A DNA stretch of 64,000 nucleotides from NCBI GenBank assembly GCA_964016885.1, contig OZ024745.1, forward strand, positions 112,840,001-112,904,000. The letters are read 5' to 3'. Positions 1-13,818 of this stretch are shown in pieces. The position numbers and the translations under genes were made by a program. Below the pieces are notes generated by a model, which made no database searches, had not been told where the DNA came from, and saw only the letters and a program-made list of their open reading frames with translations. The first letter of the stretch is position 1; each line of letters begins with the position of its first letter. This DNA is from Eledone cirrhosa. Taxonomy: Eukaryota.

Positions 1-850
1 AAGGGTTGTGAGGACTCTTCAGATATGTCAATCACCTAGGTACTGCATCATGATAAAATGCACCCATCTGATATTTGCCAGCAAGGAAAATATATGATAT
101 CAATGATGGCGATGATGGTGATATACACACATGTATATACAGATAATATTTAGTGAGGTGAAAGTGTTAATAATGGTTTCTAATTTAGACACAACGACTT
201 CAATTTCAGGCAAAGGAAAATTTGACTATATTGACTCTAGAACTTGTCTAAAAGTCTAAAGTCTATCTCGAGCCTGGAGGCTTATCAGGCCAGTGCTTAT
301 CCCAGTTTCTGTTGCATGAAGCAACTGAGAGTACAAGACTCACATCTTGAGAAGACACCAATCTACTGCAGAGTTAAACCCCCAGCTATTGCTGGTACTC
401 ATTTTCAGCTGAGTATACTGGAGCAATGTAAAATGAAGTGTTTTGTTCAAGAACACAACACACTTAATACTAGGCCACATACCTCCACTTGACAACTAGT
501 ACTTGGTTGGCACCTTATTTTATTGAATCCTAGAATGATGAAAGGCAAAGTTAGCCTCAGTAGGAATTGAACTTATAATGCAAAGATATGTAACTAAATA
601 TTGCAAGGCATTAAGAGCATCACCATCACCATCATCATCATTTAATGTCCACTTTCCCTGCTAGCAAGGGCTGGACGGGTCTACATAGACCAAGTCAGTA
701 CAGACAAGCTGAGGGGGTCGGCATATTGCTTACATATGGTCATATGTTCTATTGAGTGCAGAGAAGAAGTTGTCATGTCTTTTCACATAAACTGAAGGGT
801 CCTCCCAACCCCTTGCAACCAGTGGTAATAAAAAATATTTTAGAGCTTAC

Positions 851-906
851 CGATGTCCTTTTATTTCAGCTACATCCGACATTCCACCAACACTAAATCG
901 GAAATA
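851..906 (-). CDS. LONP1: LONP1 exon 14
   Basis: tatag|[19 protein letters not shown]|gtaag, 56 bp. Confidence 0.96.
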
Positions 907-2205
907 CTATAAAAGATGGGGAGAAGCAGTGGAAAACAAAATGAAAAATACGATTTGAATTCAGAAAGCAAATCCCTTAAATAATGTAAAAGATGTAACA
1001 ATGCTGTGAATTTATGATGAAGAAATAACATTTTCATTTATTTTTCTTTTAATCCTTACATATCAACTTTCAGAATAAACAGGTAATGTGTAGAATGATA
1101 TGTGTGTGTGTGTGTGTGTGCATATATTCAATCCAATCCAATCCAATCCAGGGCCTTCTCATTCCTGTTGAAGGAACCCCTCCCTGGTTGACCTCCATCG
1201 CTTTCTGCTTGGTTTTGGTCATGTCAGGAGTGTAGCTGTACTCACCCCGCATGGCTAATTGCAGGTTGGTGATGCTATAACCCATAGTAGGGGTGAATGG
1301 TCGTTGACTATGTGGAGTTCATCCACCCTTTTAACAGCTTTGTGTTTTTGTGATGCTGGGGTTCCACTTACCATTCTCATCAGACCAGGGTCTGGTGGGG
1401 GAGCCAGTTTAGTTAACCACTCAACCATGAAGCAGGTTGTACTGGGTTACATGGTACTAGTAGGAGGCAGAAGTCTGACCTGACCTGACCCTACATATAT
1501 ATATATATATAGTAAAATTACGTTGGACGATTTTAATATAAATTGGAAACCTTTAAAATGGGTGACTTTATTTCATAGAACCAGAGCTGGTTTTGGCTGG
1601 GTTGGTAACAAAAGGGTTAATGAAATGAAAATAAAGAGAAATCAATATATTTTATCGCAAACATAAGTCTTAATATCCTGTAATGATTTAGAAAATATCT
1701 AAAAACATGTTTGTTAATTTAAATGCATCTTTAGTAGCAGACAGATTGTAAAAATATGAAGTGTTATAGGTAAACACTTCACTTTTTAATGTGAAACAAT
1801 CATAGTATGAGGAAGACCTCGGAACACGATGGCTCGTCTATCCCATGCAAAAATGGAAAATAGACGTAAAATAATGATGATATACATGACTGTATTTACT
1901 GTTTGTTTATGGACTGTAACAAAGCAGTTCGACAAAGTGCCAGACTTGAAAAAAATAAGTGTTAGTGTCGATATGACCGTTGATGCTCCTGTATGGCCGG
2001 AGTCTAATGACTGAAATCGGTGAAACAAAAGAATCTCTGAATCATATTCATGACGATCCTAGATTTTCGTGGAATGAAATCAATTTAACAGTCAAAGGGC
2101 AGCAGAAGGCTTGCACGATTTCTCTCCCTTCAACGGCTAATCGAATTGGTTAAACCATTACATCAAGACATTATTTGGTCGCTGTACCAGCTAAAAATAC
2201 CTTCA

Positions 2206-2240
<35 letters not shown>

Positions 2241-2440
2241 AGACTGAGAAAGACCAACGTATTCGACATAATAATATTTATAACTCTATAAGATATTGTT
2301 AATGAAAAACAACGATGAAAGAGTAAAATAAATAACGTAGTCTTTGGCGGTTGTCGGAAGCAGACAGAAGTTACCGGGGTGCGAGCGTATCTGTCACTGT
2401 TTACTTGCTACTGGTCATAATGTTTACTATCGTCTCAAGT

Positions 2441-2475
<35 letters not shown>

Positions 2476-2747
2476 GCAGAGGTTATATTTAATTTGTTGG
2501 GATTCAACAAGCTTAAACATTTTTATAACTGATATAAAGCACTCAACAAGTTCGTGGAGTAAATACACAATATATTAATAAATGGAAACTATATTTATAG
2601 ACTATCCAGGAAGCTGCAACCTTTTTTCCGGGTATGTCAATATTTATTTATAAAACAAATCTGTATTTTATCTGATGAAAGCGCACATAATTTGCCTTGG
2701 TTGCCCTTGAAATATGTATAATAAAATAAATATGGTTTTATAAATAT

Positions 2748-2800
<53 letters not shown>

Positions 2801-3851
2801 TCATCATCATCATCATCATCGTTTAACGTCCATTTTCCACGCTAGCATGGGTCTGGACGGGAATTGTCCCACTTGAGGTAAGATTGGTTGTCTTTCTCAG
2901 GACTGTCTGGCGGGTTTTCTACGGCTGGATGCCCTTCCCAACACCAACCACGTTTACAGTGTGTACTGGGAGGTTTTTACCGTGTTACCTACACGGCCAC
3001 ATTACAGCATGGACTGTGTTTTTTTGTCGTGACACCTACACGACCTCATTTGTTTCGGACTGGATGTTGTGGTACCAACATAACTTCGCATTTAAGGGGG
3101 TGGTGTTGGATGGGGTGGGGGTAGTGGGACGGGGGTGTATTTTGTTAGAGGTGCCTACTGACTGTAGGTTTCGCTTTGTACTTAGGCAAGGCGGGTCTTC
3201 TGTATAACTGTGTAGCACCAAAGATCTCGGTCCAGTGACATTGTCTTGGAGAGGTGTAAGTGTGTGAGGTCGGAATTTATCAAGTCGTCCCAGGTTTTTC
3301 TGGGTCTGCCTACTCCGTGGCTACCGTCTATTTTTATCGCCCTGCACTTTTTTATACAGCTGTCGTCTTTCATGCGCATCACATGACCGTACCAACGTAG
3401 TCTTCTCTCGAGTAAACAACATCTGATTCCTCTTATTCCTAATTTCTCCCTTAGCTCGTTTATGCTTTGCCATTCACGTATATTACTATTACACATCCAG
3501 CGGAGCATGCAAGCTTCGTTTCTCTCCAGTCTGCGTATATCCTCTGCACACAATGCCCAGGTCTCACTGCCATGCAACGTTGCTGTTCATATGCAGGCAT
3601 CATACAGCCTGCCTTTCATTTTTAGAGAGAACCCTTTAGCGGCCAATAGTGGTATAAGCTCTCTGAACTTTTTCCACCCCGTTCTGACTCTAGCTACTGT
3701 ACTTTCAGAGCACCCTCCCCTACTGCTGATTTTGTCACCCAGGTAACGGAAGCTGTCCACTATTTCTATAGAACCATCTGTGCAATGGAATGAGCTAGTA
3801 TTCTGTGGGCACTTGCTGCTACTTATTGCACCAGAGCACTGTGTATATATA

Positions 3852-3913
<62 letters not shown>

Positions 3914-6900
3914 GCGTGTGTGTGTGTTGTCAAACATGACACCGGGCGAGCCAATAATCAAACAACGAGTATTTGTGAGTGTTTTGAACAATGAAAATAA
4001 TATAAATGGTCTGGTCTAAATGAAGCCACATAAAATATGAAATTTTGAAGGAACTACATCTGTTGCAGGTGGAGACAACGCATGATGATGAGAAGGTATG
4101 AAATGTTGACTAGCTAATTATTTTGTATTTTATCAACTTGGCCTATAGTATAATTATTATTTACAAGATAAAATCATTATCAAAAGCAATAAAAAAATGT
4201 TTTAAATCTGAGATTTAGGCAAGAAGAATAATGTGTTTTTCTTAAATCAAGACAATGGTTAAAGTAGTATTTTGAGTTTACGGCGAGTTGTCCAGTATTG
4301 TAGTTATCAGTTATTGTAAGATAGGAAAGAAGAATATATAGAGAATAAAAAAGAAATACAAAAAAAAAAAAAAACTGGTGATCAAACAGGACAGAGATAG
4401 ACAAGAAGCAGCACACAAGAAAAACACAGCTAGAGTTAGGATAAGCTGTAAAATCATCTAAATCACACTAACATTGAAAATTAGATATAAATATAACATT
4501 GATAGTTGAAATCCTTCAATTATAAGTTGAAAATCTAATTACAGGCATTTCTGTTGTGGTCCTATTCAAGATATTTTAGCTGAAAACTGGGAGCAATCTC
4601 AATACATAAAGAACTAGCTAAGTAATTTATGCTGGAAAAATTTGTACATGGAAAAGCATTGCTTGATATTTGTTAACAAATGACACACAAGAAGGCAACA
4701 ACAAAAAATAAAGATAATTTTTCAACTGACAACACTTATAGATAACATAACATTAAGACTTACCTCACGATTCAAAGCTTTTGCAATTGATTTTGCAATA
4801 CTGGTTTTACCAACACCAGGAGGCCCGTAGAAACAAAGGATTTTACCTTGCGTTGTCTTTTTAAGGGTACTAATGGCAGTAAATTCCTAAATTTAAAATA
4901 AATAGTAAACTTCTGAATTTGCTTTTTAGAAATAAATAAATTCAATATTTCTGCAGTAAAATTAATAGATTTAGTTATGATTTCAGTCTGACTGTTTTTA
5001 AGTATTTTTCTTTGATTATTCATCACATTTAAATGTACAGTATATCACAGCTTATAAGTGATTGAGAACCAGACTATTAAATTTCACACATTCAAGCTCG
5101 ACACTTTAAGCTCATGAAATACTTATCATAAAATGAGCTGTATCTTTCTATATCTCAAATCTATATAACTAGAATTTTTTTCAACATGCTGACGCGTATG
5201 TGTATACACGTGTGTATGTAGATTGTACACTCTTAGACGTAATTTTCTGTAGTTTGTCATCACCCCTTCCTTCCTCAGTCATCTCTTCTGTGTGACATCA
5301 TCCATAGTGCGTGACGTCATCACCCCTTCCTTCCTCAGTCATCTCTAGCGTATGATGGAAGGGCGGATGGATGGAAGGCATCAGATAGTAGGCTGAAATT
5401 CCATTCACTCAACTGGCTGTGACTCAAAGAGTTGTAATTTTAGCATTTCATCAATGTTTTGCTATTTTGCATTTCTAACAGTTCAATGGTTGATACAATG
5501 TAATTGTATAGTCATGGAAGTTCATTACAATTTCTTTAGTCATATATATTATTTGTTCTAGTCACTCTAAACCAACTCTGTTACTTCCTTTTCTTATTAG
5601 TTAGGAAGGATTGGCCATATCGGTAGAGTGCAGGACAACAGGCTTTGTGGCATATAGTTACGACCCTTTATGTTCCGAGTTCAAATCCCACCGAGGTTAG
5701 CTTTGCCTTTCATCCTTTTGGGGTTCGATAAAATAAAGTACCAGCAATACAATGGGGTCGATTTAATTGACTTTTCCCTCCTTGAAAATTGTTGGCTTTG
5801 TGCCTAAATCAGAATCCATTAGTTTTGTAGCCAGGTATGTGGAGTATCGAGTTCATGACAATACCAAGGGCAGAAAACAGAACCAATTATGGGATATAGC
5901 GCACAGGTATTTAGACAAAAAGTTGTTATCATCTAATGTTTTCAACCATTTTATTTGATAGAATGTGAAAAATAGAAATAACAGGAGGATTGACTATTTA
6001 ACTATGAATATGTGAGGTTTAAAATATGTTTACTTAGTGTGAGAAAACTACTAAATAATGCAAAGGAGGGGAAGATAGTTAAATACCAGGGCTTGACTGA
6101 CCACTTTGTACCGGTCTCTGACAAGATCTATGGTGTACTTGGTCCCCACGCTGCTAATATCAGCAGCCTGCTTGAGGAAGAAATCTCATGAAGTGGGGTG
6201 GCTGTTTCAGTAGATGTCTCTGACTCTTCTCTAAGGTAAAGCCTTTGCCATTTTGTCTGCAGGGTGCAGCTGAAACATCATTCAAACTGGGGTGTAGTAT
6301 TTACCTCCCACCCCTCCCTTTCTTTCATTGCTTAATACTTTTTCTTTGTTTCATTTCCATCTTTTGTTCCCTTTAATCGTGTATTTTGTTTTTGTTGGGG
6401 CACATTTGATGAATTAATAAAGGTTCATTTTTGAAAATAGAAAAAATATCAGAAAAATATACAAATGTACTTGGAATATAGTGTATAATAATAATAATAA
6501 TAATAATGAAATTATTGTGTAAAGTGCTCAGGTGCACTACAACTCGTCAATATAGTACATAGAATAATACACAAATGTCAGGGAAGTACATGTGTGTATG
6601 TGTTAGCTATTCTGTTGGCGGATCTCGGGAAGCATGGAGGCCTTATATACTCAAACAATTGGAATATAATCTGAAGCAGGTAATCAGCACATTATGTTTA
6701 GATGATGTGGTTTTCAAATTCTTACGAGTAGAGAATATATTTTTGAAGATTTGATATTTTGATATTTAAAACGTTTTAAGTTTCATCTTGGGTATAGTTT
6801 TTGTTTCACAACTACATTATGTAATGATGTTTTTACCAACTACATTATGTAATGATGTTCTGACCGCTTTGAAGGCCATATTCATTCAAAACATCAAAAA

Positions 6901-9900
6901 TAGGAAATACGAATTTTATATTGAAAGTGAAATCAGTGTTATATTCACCTCCAAAGCAAAAATATTTTAGCACCTCTTTATGTAGAATTTTGAAGTTGGT
7001 GAAAATTGGCAAAGTATTGACCTTGAATATAAGCCAACTTGATTATTTTACCATCAATTTTTTTTTGTTACATAATTCTCGACTTATATACGAGTATATA
7101 CAGTAATTATTCTAAATGGAAACATTATTTCGTTGGTATAAAAATATGAAAGATAAACTCAACTCCAGCAAAATTTGAACATGGAAGTTAACGAGATGAG
7201 ACTAGACTGTTAGTATTACAAGTACAATATACTTATGTAAAGGAAGAGGTAGAGAGAGAAAAACAAACAAAAGAAACTTACTAAAATTCTATTCTTTACA
7301 TCATCCATACCATAATGATCTTTCTCCAGGATTTCACTAGCATACTTTAGGTCAAAATTTTCCTTGCTGCTGCAGCCCCATGGCATACTGGTTAACCAAT
7401 CTAGATAGTTACGTGTTACACTGAAAATCAATATTCAATCAATGTTAATATAAAAAAAAAAATCAAAAAACTTTATAACCTTTTTTTTTAACAGCAAAAA
7501 TAAAATAAAATAGAATAGTTTATAGGAAGCAACATTGAACTTGAAAATGAAAATATTTATGTCTATTTTTCTTAATTTTTATTTTAGTCTTTACATTTTT
7601 TCAATAGGGAGCCAGTCTCTAATTAAAGCACAAACTTTCCTCATTAATATAACAAATCCAACCCTTGCTAGCAGGGGAAACAGGCATTAAACAATGATGA
7701 TGATGATGCAGAGTCTCATGCTGGATTTGATATTTTGCCAATGTTGGTTTTTTATTTTTTTTCAAGACAGAGAATTTTTGTTTAAAGTTAGATTTATGAT
7801 CTTTGATTGTAAAATATGTTTTTTTCTAGAGCAAATTCTTTATTTTCTATATGATTTCATTTATTCACACATTACAAGTAATATCTGATGATTTGATTGA
7901 GAGCCATCTTCCTTTTGAGTTAAAAAGAGATAAATTTATCTGTAGAGAAATATCCCAAATGTTCTTTTTCTATTTGATTCAATTTAATAATATGATAAAC
8001 CAACGAAGCCTTTTCATGGTAATTTGAACTCCTAGAAATCAAACCATGTGACCTTAAATAAGGAAGAACACATTCGATAATGAAGTTCTATGAACACTGT
8101 TTGAAAAAAAAATAAAATAAAGCGAAAGCAAGTTGTATGATGACTGTATGTGTTGTGCAATGCTACATGGTAGTGAGGAGACATGGGCAGTGAATGCAGT
8201 AGATATGCACGGATTGGATGGAAATGAATTGAGCATGCTCTGATTGATGTGTAATGTTAGTGTGCATGAAAGATGAAACATGAAAGAGCTGAGAGAAAAA
8301 ATTAAGTGAAAGAGGAATGAGATGTTTTGTACAGGAGAGATCATACTAGTCTGGACATGTGATGTGTATGTATGATGATTGTTGGGTGAAGAGGTGCCAA
8401 GTGGAAGAAAGCTACAGAAGAGGAAGACTGAAGAAAACCTGGGCTGATTTCAAATCACTGAACCTCACAATGGAGATGACAAAGGAACACAGCAGGTGGA
8501 AGGAGGCTGTGTTAGAGAAAACCTGTCCAACTCATGAAAGCATGGAAAGACAGATGTACAATGATGGTGAAAATAAGAGATCATGTATAGAGCAAAGTAT
8601 TATTCTTACTTAAATTCTGAGGAATGATTGTCCAGAAAAGACAGTTTGCTAAATTCTTCATCTATCACATCATTAACATGGCTAGGAACAACAAGATTCT
8701 GAAAGAAAATTAAAACAAAATATCAGTTAAAAAGCAAGTTAATAAACATAGAGATCTCCTTGTATGACATCATATACCTAAGTAATTCTACTAAATAAGA
8801 CTGTACCATTATAGTGTCATATATTTTAATTAGCATTACTCTATTATATGTGGAGGCATGTGGCCTAATGGTAAGGATGTTGGACTTAGGATCATAACAT
8901 GATGGATTTGATTCCTGGACTGGGTTGTATGCTGTATTTCTTGAGCAAAACATTTCATTTCATGTTGCTCTAATAGCTGGGGGTATAACGTTGCGATGAA
9001 TTGGCATCTTGTTTAGTGAGGAGTCTTGTACTGTCAGTCACTTAACACCATAGAAAACAGGATAAGCACTGGCCTAATGAGCTACCCGACTCGAGACAGA
9101 CTTTTCTATATGCTGCATTAAGCTGCTATATATTTTCAGCCTCTTATGAATGACATGACAATAACTGTGACATTAATATTCTGGCTTTGGACATACATAA
9201 TATATAACAATTCAATTGCTAAAACTTCAGCAAATTATAGTGAAGCTAGACTTCCACTGAAGAAATTTAACAAGTCTCAAACATGTTCAATGGTCAGGTC
9301 AAGCTTCTGCCTGCTACTTGTACCATGTAACCCTGTACAGCCTACTCCATGGTCAAATGGTTAGTGACTAAACCGGTTCCCCACTAGACCCTGTCTGGTA
9401 AGGAGGGTGGGTGGAACCTCAGCAGCACAAGAAAAGAGGTGTTAAAAGTGGGGATGGACTCCTCAGAGTCAATGGCTACCCACTGCAACTATGAGTTAAA
9501 TAACCTCACCAACCTGCAGCTGTATGGCTACACCTCTGATAGGAAGCCGTGGAGATCAACCAGGGAGGGGTTTCTCCAACAGAAGTGAGAAGGCCCTAGA
9601 TTGGTTTGGAAACATGCTCAGAGTTGTCTTCTGTTATTTTTTTTCTTTTCTTTCATTATATATTTGAAGTTACTTCAACTTTTTCATATTACAAGCATTA
9701 AATATGCTTAATAATAATAATAATAATAATGAAATTATTGTGTACAGTGCTCAGGTGCACTACAACTCATCAAAGGTGCATGTATAGTACATAGAATAAT
9801 GTACAAATGTCAGGAAAATAAACAGTGTATGAGTCATGATATAATAACAATAACAATAATGAAATATTGTGTACAGTGCCCAGGTGCACCACAACTCATC

Positions 9901-12900
9901 AAAAAAGTGCATGTACAGTACATAGGGCAATGCACAAACATCAGTAAAATGAACAGTGCACGAGTCATGATACACACATGTGTGCATGTGTATGGAAGGG
10001 GTACATCAGGTGATTATCATGTGGATGGCAAATCAGAATTACTTGATTTTCATTCTCTACATTAATAAATGTACATTTGTACACATTTATTTAGTAATGT
10101 GATTGGCAAAGCTTTGGCATGCTAGGCTCAGCTTAGACTATTACAACAAAATTAAAACAGGACCAGATGGCCCCTCTTTAATGAGAAGATAGTAAGGCAT
10201 AACTAAAATTGGTGAATTTTACTTAAAGCTTTAAATGTTTATGTTGAAAAGCCTTGATAAGGCCAATGATATGGAAGTAACTAACAACTTAAACATTTTG
10301 TACTTCAGATAAACAATTTATCAGACTGGTCCTAAACCAGAGACTACATCATATAGTCAGTGTTAAGGACAAGAGCAATGAGAGCTGGTGATAACAAAAA
10401 AATGAAAACTCAGTTACAGATTTGATTTGTTGTTTGGGATAACTTTATATTCTATAGAAATCATCTTGCAAAATTAATATCCAAACATTTTTATTCCTAA
10501 ATTAAAAAGAAAAATTATGAATGTTAAAATATACATAAAAACAAACCTTTAATCTGTTACGGAATTTTTCAATAATTGCATCTTTGTCATCTTTTTCAAG
10601 ACCAAGTTCTTTCTTAATTATTTTCAATTGTTCTCTCAACATATATTCTCGATGTTGCTTTTTCACTTTTTCCTCCACCTACAGGACAAGTAAAACAAGG
10701 AAAAGATGAGATGAGATGACTGCGACATATGCCGACATTTTTGACAGAATTATTATTGATTAAAGTATTTTTTCTGAACTGTTAACCTCATCTTTTGATT
10801 TGTTCTAAAACATGACAGTGCATATACGACTATTTCTTATGAAAATAAAACTATACATCTCTTAAATTGATACAAGTTTATGCTATATATTTATGGCATG
10901 CTGTTAGAACTGTGTGTAAAGATTTGTTTCCACTGTTATTGTCTAGAACAGCGCAATAGAAAAATATAAAAGAAAATAACTGATTGGTTTTGAGTGATTG
11001 GGAAGAGTTTGATTCAGTTTGGTTTCTTCTGATAAATTTCAAAAAGAAATATTTTTAAAATTGTATTTCTTGAATAAATTCATTCTTACTTTCAAAATTG
11101 TTGGAGTTGCTATCACTACCATAAATTGAAATATCAGACTCTATATCCAACATGTGGTTATGCTTGTTGCTTTGTAAATTGACTGTTGCTGAAGCTGACA
11201 TAAAACAAAGTATAGCCAAAGGTGCTGGAGTATTCAAGAAACTCCAATCATTATGACAATCAAAGAAGCTCACATCACAAAAAAAAATTAAGGTTATTCT
11301 GGTCAATTGTTATCTCTGAAAAATCCATGGTTACCAGCAGGTGGGAAAACAAGACCTGGAGATGAATCTTAAAAGATGACCTGCACAGCTGTGGCGCAAA
11401 CTGGTTTCAAACTTCAACCATTGTCAAAGACCAGAAAAAGATAGAACAACATAGTGACCCATTGCCATGTTGCTGGAGGAACTAGAAGACCAGTTGCTGA
11501 AGTATCTTTAGACAATCCTTCAAATTCAGAGCTGCTACTATTAACTGTAAAGTTGGTCTCCATTTATTCAAGTGTAAAAAGTTTCCCTCCAAATTTGTGG
11601 AACACAAATTCCATGTTATAAAATGTTGGAATACGTAAAAGAATAAAAGTGCTTACTTAGTGAAATTACTTATTATCAGAAACAACATTTACATTGTTAT
11701 TCATACTTAAATATGAACAGGCAATTATGAACAATATCAGACAGATTGATAATCTAGGAACATGAAAAGTTTTAGGTGGGTTGCTAACAAAAGAGTCAAT
11801 CAGTAAATATGCTTTTTACCTACAAAATTCTAGATAGAATTAATACTTAGACAAATATGTTGACTGTAAAGGAAAAACAGGCCTTCAACTTACCTCTCGA
11901 CTTATTTTTTGTTGCAATTTGCTAAGTTCATATTCTTTCTTTAATAGTGACAAAGACAGCATCAAACGACGAGGTATCTAATTTGTTAAAAATAAATAAA
12001 AATTTTTTGAATTGGTTTCTTAATGAACAACACTTCTATGAACATGATAATAATAATGAAAATATTGTGTACAGTGCTCAGGTGCACTACAACTCATCAA
12101 AAGTGTATGTATAGTACATAGGGCAATGTACAAACGTCAGGAAAATGAACAGTGCATGAGTCATGATATACTATGCTTCACTCGTCTATAACCTATTTCA
12201 ATGAGGTGTTCTTTGTTCACAACCTAAATAGCTCAGGCCAGACAGTTATGTATCTCATACCGTCCAATCACAAATAATAACAAAACAAAGACCCTGAAAA
12301 TACAAGGTTTCACAATCACTGATGATCTGCCCCAATACCCCCACATATATAACATTGCCAAAACTGCATCACAAAGAGTAAGATTCTCCTTTACAGAAAT
12401 GAAATTCTTCACTCCTGATCCTTTGCTAACCCTTTGAAGTTCAAATAAGAACTTAGTGTGACTATCACTCACATCTATAAGAAGGTGTTGCAACTACATA
12501 CACTAACACTCTAGACTGAATCCAAAATATGCCATTCAATGATGAGCAAATATCAACATATGCTTGACACATCTGCTTATAGACACACCACTAGAATGAT
12601 CTCAGTAAATTTTTTCTTATTTTCTCTGTTCCTTCCTTTCATCACTTTCTATTTATCTTCTATTTCTAACCCTATCTTCTGATAAAGGACTAGTGTCTGA
12701 AACGTTAAGACTTTTCGTGCTATTTCAAATGTTAAACTAATATATTTCTTTCATGTACTGTGCTGTTTGTTTTGTTATTTTTGTTATTAGTTTCAGAAGA
12801 TCCTGCTTAGGGTAAAAGCAGAATTGTTTGCTTAAACTTTTAATCTGTACTAATAATAAATTAATACATATATACATATATATAAATTAATATATATATA

Positions 12901-13772
12901 CATATATATATATATATGCAAAAAGTAAACGGAAACAAGAAAGCAAACAACACAGTACAATGAAGAAATATATTAGTTTAACACTTGATACAGTAGGAAA
13001 ATAGTCTTAACGTTTCGAACACTAGTCCTTCATCAGAAGATAAAATGATAAAGAAAAGAAGAAATAGAAAGGTAGAGAGTGAGAAGAGAAAGGAACAGGA
13101 AAAAATATTTTTGGAGAAAAAGCATGTGTTCAGTCAGCCATTTTGGACAAAGCCTGCCTGACGGCTAAGATCGAAACAACTCAAAAGTTGTCTCCCATAC
13201 ATCTAAGTGCATAGTGTTAATTAATCAGCTAATGTAAAGCACAACCAGTCTAGGGCAGGTAAAATTACCGAGATCCATGGACGAGTTCTCTCCAGCGGTC
13301 TCTGTCCCTCATCATCGCTGCCACATCCTGCGTCTCCAAGAGACCAGTGTCTGTCCTTAGGGCATCAACATATGTCAACCTCGGTCTCCCTCTTCTAGTG
13401 TGTCCATGCAGGGGCTCTCACAGGAGCACTGAGTGCAGTGTCAACTCTGGACGTTGGTGAGCATGTCCAGCTAATCTCAGTCTCCTCTATGTTACTTTCG
13501 AAAGACTCCTGTACAGCTCAAAGTTCTTCATCCTCAGTGTATTTTAATTAAGGGAATTAGTATTTTTTCTTGTCATCTAAAACTACAGTATAAGCGACAA
13601 CATTAGATTTACTTTAAATGTATCTTTACTTATTATGCTTTGTTTGACTAAATATAAATATTATTATACCTCATATATTATGTAAATGATACTCTGAAAA
13701 TATGGATTTTAGCTCTTAATGTTCATTGAGCTTTTTATGGTATAACTGGGTCGAGATAATTCATTTCTCTCG

Positions 13773-13818
<46 letters not shown>

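Noticed and set aside
4764-4886. Bacterial lon gene or horizontal transfer
   Set aside because: Spliceosomal introns and an N-terminal presequence indicate nuclear LONP1.
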